A stretch of DNA of 64,000 nt from Antedon mediterranea (GCF_964355755.1 NC_092680.1:14517045-14581044), one strand, 5' to 3'; numbered from the stretch's first letter, positions 1-12,943 are shown. Numbers and translations are program-made. The notes: a model not told the origin generated them from the sequence alone.

Positions 1-1048
1 ATAGATGTCGATGCTGAAAAATACCCGCACACAAGAATACGAGGGTGCTTTGAATTTACCTATCTCCTTCTACGATAATTGTATTAAATAGCTGAAAACC
101 GATTGAACAGCTCGAGTACAGTATCATAATGTTAAAGGCCGATTTTCTTTAAAACAATACTATTTTAATAGATTTAATATACGTTTATACAAAATGTTTT
201 GATTTGCGATGAATGGAACATTCCAATCTCATTTCTCCCAGCATAATTATTTAGTTTACACAAGTAGGTAAATGTATGGGCCTTTGGGGGATAAACTTAA
301 AACCTTTAGATATAGTATTGCATTAATTTGACAATACTGATAATACGTATTACCCATTTTTGAATGTGGGTACTGTTTAGATATATAAACACATATACAA
401 ATAAACGTTATTACTGCGAGTATGTCTACTGTTAGATATATAAACACAACACACAGCTTCTCAACGTTTGTATTAATTACTGATTACAAAAAAATATCGT
501 TATTGTATCGTTACATGTACCTTACTATTTCAATATACTATGACAGTGACAGTTTTAACAAAGTATTAAATCGCAAATGTTTTTTTTTATTTTTGTTTTT
601 TATTTATTTCCAAACCCAACCACCAGCAAAATAAATTCGCCAATAACAGGAGGGTAAACACAAAACGGATACAAATACATGAATACTGTATTCATTGGTA
701 TAATTATTATTTATAGGCCTAAAAAACATGAACAAAATATTTCGTTACTGAGTGGATAAAGAATATATTTAAAAATTGTTCCTCTTTGTACCCATCCTCT
801 TCCCCATCTCTCAACCCTAATGTTACATACAGAACACAAATTGAGTTTGTTTATTATAAAAAATGTGGACTTATTTTGTGACAAGTTTCTTTTTATGAAT
901 TCCCAGTAGTAGTTAACTACATAAATCATCGTGTCTATGTATTCGTTTCTGTAAATACGTTTCTGCGGTACGTACATTTGAAATCGCAAGTTTTTTTACG
1001 CTGAAATGACTGTGTATTCGAGAACCATCTGTGGACACGACCATCTAG
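1..1048 (+). mobile_element. Non-autonomous Helitron copy (5' end outside the window; 3' hairpin deleted)
   Basis: Reverse-complement homologue of 55187-56245; it ends CCATCTAG|T. Confidence 0.75.
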
Positions 1049-1138
1049 TATTCAATAATTATAGTTAGCGTCTTATCTTAAAACATTAACGATTCAATTA
1101 TCTATTGTATCTTTTATAACTGTATCATTCAATTTCAG

Positions 1139-4100
1139 ATTGTCGTTGAGGGACAGGTAAATAGTTTTGCTGGTATTATTGGACTTGATGATTTTATAAT
1201 TTCTAACACTAGTAAGTATTTTTCATAACGTAATATTAAACAAAATCTAATTCCTTTTGTTTTGTTTTTAGCTATGATTAAATAGTGTAGGCCTACTGTT
1301 ACGTAACAAGCGTAATATGTATTTATCAAAATACAAATTAAAATTTGAATAGTTGACAAAATAGTGATGCCACTTAAAATGATCTGGCTTATCTAATAAT
1401 AGCTACTGTATGGGTAGCTTTACTTCCAGTAAATGTAACTGCTGTGTGTGTAATCAATCCTGACAGTGACTTATTTATTGAGGGTGATATAGCATAATAA
1501 CATAACATCAGCCTTTATGTTATATCAATTAAACTTTTTTCAAAGAACTCGATTGCTGAAATTTCGCTGCTTTCTAAACTGTATTTTAGGGTGAAAGTTC
1601 AGTTAAAAATCTAATAAACACAAACAATAATTTATTTGTAGGTTCTAAAAACGACGGATCATGTGACTTCGAAGAAGGCGACATTTGTAATTATAGACAG
1701 GTACTCGCTGATGATTTTGACTGGGTAAGACAAACAGGGAAAACGCCTACGAATGGAACAGGCCCACCCTCTGGTCATACTGCCAACAATTCTACTTTTG
1801 GAGGTATGGATCTTCTATACTTTATGTAAAATACTGTATTTCCGTTAAATTCATTGTTTTTTGTTTGGAATTGCAAATATTTTTAAAAGCTGACGTAATG
1901 CTGATTTTTTAAATTACATTGTATTGGTGGTACACACAGAGCCGCTCGGTAGACCCTAGCAACAATTATACTTTTGGAGGTATGGATCTTCTATACTTTA
2001 TGTAAAATACTGTATTTCCGTTAAATTCATTGTTTTTTGATTGCAAATATTTTTAAAAGCTGACGTAATGCTGATTTTTGAAATTACATTGTATTGGTGG
2101 TACACACAGAGCCGCTCGGTAGACCCTAGCACCTATACACAAAGTCTGTCTAAGTAAATGAATAATAATTCCTTCTAAGCCTCTCTGCACATTCTGTATA
2201 TTTCTCAGGTTTCTACATGTATATAGAATCGTCGTCTCATACGGAAGGTCAGGCCGCCAGAATTGCGACGCCACCAATAGGCCCAGCGTCTGCTATATGT
2301 GTATCATTTTGGTACTACATGTACGGTGATAGCAGTGAACGAAGCATTGGACCGTACGTTACTTGTTTAATTCCGTATAAAATAAGAAATCAAATTGCAA
2401 TGAACGTTGAAATCCTAATGAACAATATTAAAACATTGTCAATGTATTGCATCCCGATACGATTACGGGTCATGTGTTGATAATATATTAAAAAATAACA
2501 GATTATCAACTTATTCTGTAGTGCGCCCTCTCTATCGTCACACAAATTGGTTCTATGGCACGACGAAATCTCTGATCTGCTGGTTCTTCGTCACTCCACA
2601 CGGGCTTAATTCACACTTTAATGTGCTATATTGTCTCCTGTTATTTTAGATTGAATGTTTACAAAACAGATGTCAATTCCGACGATCTTACATATAGTCT
2701 GTTTAGTTTACATGGTAACCAAGGAAACAAATGGTACGATATAAAAATCAATATCAGATCTTATAGAGAATTTCAGGTTCGTAATTTTACGATTCATAAT
2801 TTAAAAAATGTTTAATTAACAATTTAGTTGCATTTAGCAAATTTTATTTACAATAACCGATGTGTGGTCGTGTTTCCACGTACATGTTTCTCTTTTTTAC
2901 AAGCTACGTACACAGTTTCAATTATCAGGGAGTTTTCGCAAGTAGAGCACGTAAAAGTTAACTTTAACGCTATTTCCCAACATACAACGCGCAAGCTCCG
3001 CCCAATTTGTAAACAAATCGATCTGCGCATGCGCAAGAATTACGAAAAACTTTAGTTACGTGCGTCGTGTCGAGAACCTTATTTCTAAAAAATAGCGTCA
3101 ATTAAAACCGTTAACCGAGGGCGTCGAAACATGGAAGAAGAATTAAATATCTCCAAAATTATTAAGAAAACAAATGGCAAATTTAAAGTTATGTTTTTAA
3201 TTATGCCAAACAATAAGAAGAATTGTTCATCGCAATATGCTATTTTATATATATAAATAAGGGACTAGTGCTGTTCCGCCGTACTACGCCGAGAATGTCG
3301 CTATCCAATCGAGTTTGAAAAATACCATGAAAGCCCCAGTGGTCTAATGGTTAGGACAGCTGCTGCATATCAAGCAGACGGTCGTCCGAGTTCGTGACTC
3401 AGTTGACTTTTTCTCATTCTAACAGATTTCCTCATCTTTATCGTTTCAAATTAATTAGTTTCAGTATATCACCGGGCGGTTTAGAATTAATGTTCTTTGC
3501 CTGATGTGTTTATATATATATAAATCATATAATATATTTTACACAGTGCTACGTTGTATATATACATTGCGATGAACAATTTCAATATATCACCGGACGG
3601 TTTATAATTTATTCTGTGCCTGTGGTGTTGCGTGCGCGATGCTGTCTACACTTCCCGTCAAAAAAAGTACGTTGAGCTACTGTTAGGTGAACAACGCTGT
3701 TAGTATGCAAATGAGTATAATGTTGCCGTCATCAGTTAAAGTTAACGTCTACGTGCTCCTACGAAAACTTCCTAATTTTTCGTATTTTTATCATTTAAAT
3801 AGATTGTATTTGAAGGAATACGGGGCAACAGTGACAAATCGGACATTGCCATTGATGACGTCAATGTTGTTAGACATTCGTGGTGTAATGGTTCAAGTGG
3901 TAGGTTTCCCTCCTTATTTTAGTCATTGTCCTAGGCCTCCTCATCGCAATCCCTATCATTAACACCATTCAATACCATCATAATTGTGCATATCACCACC
4001 ATTCATCACTATTATCAATATCACTAATATCATATCATTATTATCGTATCCCCATTTACATAACAATATCGTATCACCATTATCATTATCATAAATATCG

Positions 4101-5466
4101 TATCCCCCATTTACATAACAATATCGTATCACCATTATCATATCATTATTTCCCTCCATTTACATAACAATATCGTAGCACCATTATCATATCATTATTA
4201 TCGTATCCGTCATTTCCATAACAATATCGTATCACCATTATCATATCATTATTATCCTAGCACCCATTTGTATAACAATATCGTATGACCATTATAATAT
4301 CACATCGCCATCATCATCATTGTAAGTTTCGTCATCATCATTGTCATTATCATCATCGTCGTCGTCGTCGTCGTCATCGTCATCATCATCATCGTCATCG
4401 TTTATATTTTTTGTTATCATTACTAACATTTAATAAAGTCCGGCGCACACTATAAGCTATCGGCTGAGCCAACTGGCACGAATAACACTTTGCTCACTAA
4501 GAAATGTGCCGCAAACTGTGATCGCGTTCTATCGGATGCATATACTTATGCCTTTAATACTCGATAATATAAAGTTTTTGTAGGAGCACGTAAACTTTAA
4601 CTTTAACGCTATTTCCCAACATACACCGCGCAAGCTTCGGCCAATTGTTGTAAATAAAAACCGATCTGCACTTGCGCAAGCATTACGAAAAACTTTAGTT
4701 ATTAATTGCGTACGCCCAGTACATTATTACGTCAGTGAAAAATGTTAACCTAAGGATAACGCAACTATTGGCTGAACTACGTTGTTATGCAAATGAGTAG
4801 AAAGTTGACGGGCTCCTGCGAAAACTCCCTAACACTATTACGGCGCGCTCTGACTTATAATAGATTAGAATGTAAATGTGCAGTAGATTTATTATCTGTT
4901 AGCTCACGTGCGGCGCACATTGTGAGGAAAATGACACGCGTGACACAATATTAAACACGATAGATATTTTCCTCAGTGGCCGATTCCTCGAAAATGTTCC
5001 GAATCTGTGACGTGAGCAAAGTGTTATTCGTGTCATTCAGTTTGCTCAGCCGATAGATAGTAGTGTCCGCCGGGCTAAATGTACCATGTGTTTTCTTTTT
5101 AATTCAGTTCCAGAACATTTAGTACCACCGACTGTTTCGTTGGTGGACAAAGCAAAAACATACAACCCAACGCTTATGCCTCCTACGTCTATGCCTGGCC
5201 TACTGCCATCTGATACGAATCGAACCAAGATAGACGATGATACTACTGCTTGGCATTTGAACAATGGATTAGTAACACTGATAATAGCTTGTGGATTGTC
5301 ATTCTGGGCAATGATATTCACCGTCATTTTTATCAGCATGTGTCGTTCATGCAATTTGCGTAAAAAAGAAATATTTTGTCAACTAGAAAATGAAACATAT
5401 TATTTCAACCCAGAGGAGGATCAATTAAAAAAGCGTTGTTCAGAGACTGACAATGAAACTTTTTGA
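1139..5466 (+). CDS. MAM-domain single-pass membrane protein (MAMDC4/MALRD1-like), 3' part; the 5' exons lie upstream of the window
   Basis: Exons 1139-1211, 1642-1803, 2209-2353, 2650-2776, 3803-3899 and 5108-5466 all have AG/GT boundaries and consistent phases. The spliced translation gives the end of one MAM domain (IVVEG...GIIGLDDF) and a full MAM domain (SCDFEEGDICNY...DDFDWVRQTGKTPT.GTGP..GFYMYIESS..ICVSFWYYMYG...GNQGNKW...FQIVFEG..DIAIDDV). It continues with a Pro/Thr stalk, a TM helix (GLVTLIIACGLSFWAMIFTVIFISM) and a ~40 aa tail ending ETF*. Confidence 0.9.
1785..2130. repeat. Tandem duplication (2 x ~176 bp) that includes the MAM exon donor site
   Basis: 1785-1960 is repeated at 1961-2130 with few differences. 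Confidence 0.9.
2927..3773. mobile_element. MITE with ~40-bp TIRs (AGGGAGTTTTCGCA...), Harbinger-like; contains a tRNA-like segment at 3333-3410
   Basis: AGGGAGTTTTCGCAAGTAGAGCACGTAAAAGTTAACTTTAAC matches the inverted GTTAAAGTTAACGTCTACGTGCTCCTACGAAAACTTCCT. A related shorter copy is at 4570-4830. The TSD is not clear. Confidence 0.6.
3960..4401. repeat. Degenerate minisatellite (CCATTTACATAACAATATCGTATCACCATTATCA...) followed by a (TCA)n/(TCG)n microsatellite
   Basis: About 5 copies of a 40-60 bp unit are visible, then triplet repeats. Confidence 0.85.
4457..5056. mobile_element. TIR element (CTATCGGCTGAGC...GCTCAGCCGATAG) carrying a nested MITE at 4570-4830
   Basis: ~40-bp inverted ends CTATCGGCTGAGCCAACTGGCACGAATAACACTTTGCTCAC / GTGAGCAAAGTGTTATTCGTGTCATTCAGTTTGCTCAGCCGATAG. 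Confidence 0.65.
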
Positions 5467-5605
5467 ACTGTTATAACATTGGAGTTTGTAATCTAGCCTT
5501 CGGCTATAAATATGTTTGGAAGAATCACTTTTTGAACTGCGATAACCAGTGATATGTAATAGCCGAAGGCTGGATGGCAATCTTTTAATGTTATCGCGGC
5601 CGTTC

Positions 5606-6056
5606 AAAAGTGATTCTCCATGGAGAGGGAACCAACAAGATGGCGGCTGCAATCGACCAATCAGATATGCCCTACGCAGTACGCACTACTACGCCTGTGT
5701 TGAGCCTATCTGCGTAAGAACGATACGCAACGCAGCGCGTTAAGCGTATAAGCGTGAACGCATTCTATATCATGATCCTCGTATACAAAAAATGCTAGAT
5801 TACCAAGAATGTATTAATTTTATTGCGATTATCAATAATTATATCAAAGATAATAAAAGGACCTACTTATATTCTTTGATTATATTTAATTTTATAAAAC
5901 CTTCACTGTGCTTTGACAAGAATATGTGTTGTAAATTATAATTATGGCCTTAATGTATTATATTAGATTATTATTTTTTATATTAAATAATGTTTTTGAA
6001 CACATTTACTGCCGCCATCTTGTTGGTTCCCCTAGACCTGTGTTGGAATCACTTTT
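5606..6056. mobile_element. MITE-like inverted-repeat element in the MAM gene 3' UTR
   Basis: AAAAGTGATTC...GGGAACCAACAAGATGGCGGC matches the inverted GCCGCCATCTTGTTGGTTCCC...GAATCACTTTT. Confidence 0.6.
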
Positions 6057-7069
6057 CAGTCTATTTTCGGGGAAATAAATTAAGGCGTTTATATTCAAGT
6101 TTATTCGAATAAATATGGTCAGATATTCTCTCTATTGCCGCGCGTCGTTTTTAATTGAAAAGTTCCTAATCATTACGTGTTGTATTATCACTTTAAAGAT
6201 GTATAAAAATTAAAAATAAATATTTCGAAAAAAAGTGGGTCGTTTCGAAGTATCATAATAGTTATTAACTTTCACCAAAAATTAGTCGAAAAAATTTGTT
6301 TAAACTATAAATACATACGTTTTTTGTGTCAAGGGACAATACATCTTTAAATTGCGAATAGTGATATTTTTATTGTTATTAAAAAATAATCATGTGCAAT
6401 AAACTATAATAGGCCTATATGCCTTTTTCTATTATGTTAAATAAATCGCTCGGAAACTGAACTGATAGCCTAAGTGAAGATAACTCGAGTAATTAACTTT
6501 ACGATCACGTCACTAATATATCGAAAAACTCAAATAAATTAGGAAAGAACAAACTATATAGCAATACAAATTTTATTTTAAAATCTCGTTTCAAATTTGA
6601 ATGTAACAGTTTATTATTTTAAATACTACCAAATAATTTGCAATATATTACAGTAATATACAAATTGTTTTGTATTATATATTTCAAGATATTTTAACAA
6701 GCTGTTCACAGTAACAATAAGTATGTGTACATATTAAATATATTTTTTTTATAAATTTATTGAGTTCAGTTATCAGTTATTTTTTTAAATGTTTTTATTT
6801 TTTATTTTTCACAATTAACAGCGATGAAACCGCCACTAACAGGTTGAATCTAAACTATAATAATATTCATATTAGCAACAATAACATAAACCAAGATTGG
6901 AACATTACAGAGATTAGAATAATACAATTTCATTTTTTTCGTTAAACCTGTTAGTATAGTATAGTATATATACAACGCATGTGAATATAATTTAAATGGT
7001 TAAAATGAGTTATATATATTTAATTTTGGAAGTGAATGAAAGTCAAATAATTTAAATGCGCAGAACAAA

Positions 7070-8399
7070 TTATTGAATGTATGAATAATCGAAACCTTCC
7101 GATGGCGGTAATTCCTCTTCAAAATAAAAATCTTCATTTCTACTATCACTGATCGAATCTACTTGACGTTTATATCGTCTTTGATCGTCACTTCCGGTCA
7201 GTTGGTCTTCTTGTTCGTCATCATTTTCATCCCAATCGCCATCTTCATCAAAATTTATATTTTCGTTATCTTCAAATTGATCTTTTTCTTGGTCATCCCA
7301 GTTGCCATCGTCATCAAAATTGATATGTTCATCACCGCCAAGGTTTGCATAATCTTCACCAGATTGATCTATTTCATCTTCATCTAAATTAGTTAAATCT
7401 TCATCTAAATTAGTTAAATTGTCATTTTCGTTTTCGTCATTGACTGTATCTATATCGAATTGGGTTTCTTTTTCATCAACAACAATTGAATTATCATCTT
7501 TCCAATTGTCTTTGTCATTACTTTGGTCATTCCAATTCAGATTATCAGCTGTGTCTTGGTAAGTACTCAATTCTTGGTCATCTCCATTGATATCGTACCA
7601 TTCATTCGGTGTCTCTATATTGTCATCTACTCGTTCAGTTCGGGATCGTGGATCTTCTTCCATAGCATCGGGTAGTTTACCGATCATCTCGTCAGCTGAT
7701 AGATATTCCTCATCATTCTTCCACCATGGCTCATCATTACCTGTGTCCAAGTCGTAATCTACGCGGCCGGGTTCTCTTATTAGGTTCTCCTCCGGTTGCC
7801 TATTATGAACAAATATAATAAATATGTAACAATATTATAGACCTACTTAGGCTAGGCCTAGGCCTACTGTAGCCCTGACGTACACGTGTGTCATTATTTT
7901 ACCTTCATAATTATCAAAAATGAAAGAAATGTGTCATAAAAAGTATAAAGAACAATAATCAAGTGCAAACGGTCTTTCTAAGCTGCGTACGAGCTAAGTG
8001 CGCAAAAGCGCACGCGCAATGCAAAATTTATTTAAAATGTGAAATCCTTAAAACGTGTAAAAAGTTGAAATTTATTTTAAAATTATTTAACTTTCAAAGC
8101 GCACGTACGCGAAAAAAAATCTTTCAAATTTTGCTGATGATACCGGAAGATGACTGTTGACGTGAAGCATCCGTGTGTCAAAGTTTCATCTAAAAAGGCT
8201 GTTAGTTCTGAATTATAGTCAATTTAAGAATTTTCAGACTACCGAGGCCTAGCTAGTAGGCTAGGCCTAGCCTATGCCCATAATTATTTTTAATAATGAA
8301 AAAAGCTCACCCGAGACGATTGTAGCCATAAGCGCCGACAACATCAAGAATCGTACAGCTCAAAATTAAAGATAGGCCTATTGTTAAACTTAGTTTCAT
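7070..8399 (-). CDS. Secreted, highly acidic (D/E/N-rich) precursor protein, ~272 aa, no recognisable domain
   Basis: Exon 1 (8399-8311) runs ATG...GG|gtgagc and encodes the signal-peptide-like MKLSLTIGLSLILSCTILDVVGAYG. Exon 2 (7799-7070) follows tag|G and is in frame with the 226-aa ORF. There is an RRYKR dibasic/furin site before the last 31 aa. Confidence 0.8.
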
Positions 8400-8657
8400 G
8401 TTCGCCAATTATATTATTTGCGTTTCTTGAAACTAGACTACACTCACTTTATTTTTTTTACGTGATTTCCACAAGCAATTTGAAATCGTTTAAACGTGTT
8501 TTCTGCAGTAGTATTACGCATTATATTCCAATCGAAAACGGTACGCGCATCTTAGAATGTGAGCGCCAGAGTCTAGTCAGTACCGTTACGCATTCTTGAC
8601 ATGCGCGCACTTGCCTGTCATTATCTATAATCATACCGGTGGTATCAAACATGGCTT

Positions 8658-9641
8658 TGTGGCCGTATTCACCAATCACAATAAAACTAAGGAAAATACT
8701 TACCCTTAAGATTTAAGAATTTTCTTAACAAAAGAAAACACGGGGTATTCACAAATTAATGAGTTAAGGGATTCACTTAGCTAAGGAAAACACTTAATTT
8801 AAGTGTAAAACTTAAGGGTAAAATAATCATAAATATTTATGAGTTGTCCCATTGTCCAATCACAGAGGATTTATAACTCCTCTATGGTCTAATCACTTTC
8901 CTCTCTAAAAACCAATTTGCATATTTATAAAAAAGAGTAAGGGGACGAGTGAGGAAGAAAGTGTGTGTTTGTACGTAATGATCAATAACAAGATGTAAAA
9001 AAAACCCCAAATAAATGAATACTATTAGACCTAGATTTATTTGTATGGTGAGGATCAAGAAATGATGATGCTACTAACAAACCAAACTTCTGTGTAGGCC
9101 TAAACCTGTCTGTATTGAGGCATCCCATGATGGTAGACTGGGGCATAGCATCTCTCTACCTACTAGTACTACTACAGTAGTCGATCCTAGGCATGGTTAG
9201 CCTAGACTGAGGCTATTTTCTATTACAAGAAATGAGCTGCGCAGCCATCTTTAACATAATGGCAGTAAAAACAAAAACAAATATATATTTGTATGGTTAG
9301 GATCAAGAAAAATATGTGTAGATGCTACTAAAAACCAAACATCAATCCTAGGCTGGTTAATGGGCAGACCAACAAGAGGCCTAGCATCTCTACCTAGCCT
9401 ATACTGGAGCTACTACAAGTAGGCATAGCACATACACAATCGTCAGCACATCCAAGGTTTACTGAATAGTTAAGAGACCTCTGAACTGAGGTCCCTTGGA
9501 AAATAGTTAAGGATTTCACTTAACCTTAAAACCTTTGTGAATACCACTTAAGTGATACCCTTAATTTTTCTTGATTTAAAGGACATTCTTAGGATTTAAA
9601 GGAAATATCTCACTTAAGTGTGATTGGTGAATACGGCCACA
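8658..9641. mobile_element. Harbinger-like non-autonomous DNA transposon (~1 kb)
   Basis: Perfect 23-bp TIR TGTGGCCGTATTCACCAATCACA / TGTGATTGGTGAATACGGCCACA, with subterminal TTAAG repeats. Confidence 0.7.
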
Positions 9642-12600
9642 TGTATCAAATATTGTATATCGGCGCTATCTGTGTCTTTTCTATAGGCCTAGCTTGCGTT
9701 GCACTATGTAAATGTTGGAATTTTTCCACATTCATTTAAAGAATTACTTGTACCTGAATTTTAATTATAATAACGAAATGAAAATAATTAATGAAATAAA
9801 AATTCTTTATTGCGCATAAAAAAAAATATACTTTTTTCAAATAATGAATATATGCCTACAGGCGTTCGCATCATCTACGTCCAATCTGATATAGAAAATA
9901 AAAACAAGTTATTACTATGCCTATTTATACCGAATGTTAAATAATAGTTCAATTTAATCGACTACATCATTATAGTTGCGATTCTTTATTACTGTTGCAT
10001 AATGTTATATTTATAAAAAATACCATAGTTATTCCAACTGTTATACATTAGTTCAGGAAAATAAAATAGAGTAAACAAACAAAATCAAAACTAAATTCAT
10101 GTGATTTTAAGAAATTATAATTAATAGGACTTTTAACTCTTAAATTAACAATAATGAGTGGGTATGTTTCAAGCGGTCGACGTTATTTATAGTTATAATA
10201 AGTAAATATTATGTGTGTATTGTTTTGCTTGTGTCTGCCAAGAAAACAATTATCATTATGCTATGTATGAATAACCTATCGAATCTTAATTGAATCTGAA
10301 CTTTCCGTATTAAAAGAACAGCATTTCACAACATATGTGGTTAACACTTGTTCAACCAAAGGAAGTTTTTGCTTAGATGACGACGATAAAAGGACCATTC
10401 TGTTCCTCACTTCAGATTGTATGATTGTTTTGTGTTTTGTATCAAATCGAAGTAGCTGAAGTGAATTAATCCATCGTTTATGCTATACAACTAAACAATT
10501 CTATACTGATTGTCACAAATCTAGGTGACACTCAGCATTAAGTGGTATCCTACCTGAGAGAAGTAAAACATTTCCAAACAAGGTTTGTATAGATTTTTTG
10601 TTACCCTATGTTGAGAAACAATGCAGCAATTTATTCTATTGTATAGATATCTCACTCCTTTAGAATTTGGTTTTGGCTTTACACTTGCTAACCTGATTGA
10701 CAACGTCAGTTTGGGTAAATACATTCTTCTCATACAAGGATAAAAAGAATGAAAAACTTGGCTACGAAGGATGACATTAAATTGTGCCATAAATAAAATA
10801 GGTTAATGGTAACAATTAATTGTATAATTAAATTGTTAATTAATATAGGCCTATTTGAGAGTAAGGCTAATATCAAAATATTTAATGTTTGGATAGAACT
10901 AATAGTTGCGCAAACATTGTGTAAACATGGGTAGGCCTATAGGCTTTATATCATAACTTTCACATAATCGACACCATTACCACACACCTGTATAATATTT
11001 TATCAAACAAAATGCACCAGAGTCGTAGACACGTTGGACTAGTCTACCATTAATAACCAATCCCTCTCCAGTTTCGGTGATTAAAATCACAATCATGATT
11101 GTACTCTATACATGATTATAACGTAACAATAACGAATAACAATATATGCCAATAGAGTTTGTTGTGTGAATGTAAAAGAACAACACGATAGGTGTTTTAC
11201 ATGGAAATCGATTGGATGTAACCGTTCAATAGACGTAACGTCCGGCAAATCGGAAGTGGATCTGAATAGAGATGACAGTACAACATGTTTTTAGTTCGTA
11301 CCTTATTATTCATTTTACGAAAGACAGTTTTAAACAGATTGAAATTGTCACACATCATCCGGGCACCCCCGCTCTATTTGACTCCGCCTTATACTGATTC
11401 TGTTAAAATGAAAAAAAAAAAGAAGTATGAAATAGATGTTATTGAATAACTGTTCATTTCTTATTGGACGGAAAATATAAAGGTGCAAGAAAAAGTTGTG
11501 GACTCTTCTCCCTTACGCACTCTTATCCATAGCTTACGTCAGGGAGCTAAATACAGTAATGCATTTTTTAGTGCTCTTATGTATTTGTAAACTGAAAGAG
11601 AAAACTTTTCAAAAAATTACCACCACTTTTGGAAATTGTTTTTTCTCTCGACATTTTTCTTTAATGTTCTGCGCATTCAGTACAATCATGTAAAAGGGAC
11701 ACCATATTTGACTATGTATTTGTTAACTTGTGACTGGAAATTTGTCAGTTTAAAATACATTACCACATGACAGAAAGTGTGTAGTCAGAAGACAAGAAAC
11801 TGCTGGAAATGTTTTTTGTCACTAGACATGATATCTTATTTGATTTGAAAAAAGTTGAAATCTTGCTAGCATAGTTTTCATGCAACTGTTGTATAATAGT
11901 AATAGTAATAGTAATCTTGATAGCACACTGGGAACTCTTTCAAAGCTGTATAGTCAACCTAAGTCAGTTTAATAATTATAAAAAGATAATTCTTTAAAGT
12001 TAACTCCATGAGAAGAAGATTTGAAAGGTAGTTTTTAAAAGAAGCACAGATTTAATTCGACGCTAATGGGAACGAAAGAAACCTGTCAATAAACATGTAA
12101 GACACAAACACGTTTTACAATTTCATTTTAATCATTTGAGGATTTTTACTTTTAGTTGTTTTACCTTTTTAATGTTTTTATTTCACATACATCATTAATT
12201 TTAAAATAAATAAGCCGTCTTCTTAATACCAGAAGACCCACTGAATAATTTAGATAAAATAATACGAGTGTAACTCCAAATAAAGTCAAACTACACAAAG
12301 TGTTCTGTCTCTTTATTTTGAGTTACACTTGTCTTCTTAAGTAGGCCTTATTTATAAAAGTAAGCTTGAATATTGTATTATTAATTATAAATATATTATT
12401 AATTTTTTTACAAACTTATTTTACATGCATGACATTTTCATTGAAAATAATGTTCGTACAAATTAATGGTCCATGATTAAAGATTAGATTATTATTAAAA
12501 ACAGCAATACAGTACTGTAAGTAGTGTTAATATTTCAGGATATCGAACTCTTAGATTTCTTATTTGACAGACAATGTGCTTGATTAAAATATTTTGATAC

Positions 12601-12918
12601 ATGATTATTACGAGCAATAAATAGTTAAAGCCATAGTGTAAATCACCGGTAATATTAAATTCAGGTTTTTTTTTCAGAAACAATACAGAAACTATAATGG
12701 CCAAGTTCATGAAGGAAACGGTGACAATAAGAAAATTACAGATTTGAAAAAGCGTAATCAAAGCAGACACAAATTAAAGAAAAATGGTGCCTTGTATTCC
12801 TAACTTAAATAAACTACAATGAAAGAAGAGAAATCGCACACATAGTCTTACTTTTAAATATTTATTTAGTATAGTTTATATGCCTAGTTAATTGTATAGT
12901 AGGCCACATTCGAACGGG

Positions 12919-12943
12919 CATAGAGATATTATATATCTCTATG
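12919..12943. mobile_element. 25-bp P-superfamily-like mini-element or excision footprint
   Basis: The palindrome CATAGAGATATTATATATCTCTATG is flanked by the 7-bp direct repeat GAACGGG (12912-12918 and 12944-12950). Confidence 0.6.

Noticed and set aside
256-989. Short ORFs in the AT-rich start of the window (and most other 60-100 aa ORFs in the track)
   Set aside because: They fall inside Helitron/MITE or low-complexity sequence with F/I/L/K/Y-biased translations typical of non-coding AT-rich DNA.
7073-7135. Resemblance of FEEELP...YIQ to the hirudin C-terminal tail
   Set aside because: It is a low-complexity acidic match with no Cys-rich core, most likely chance.
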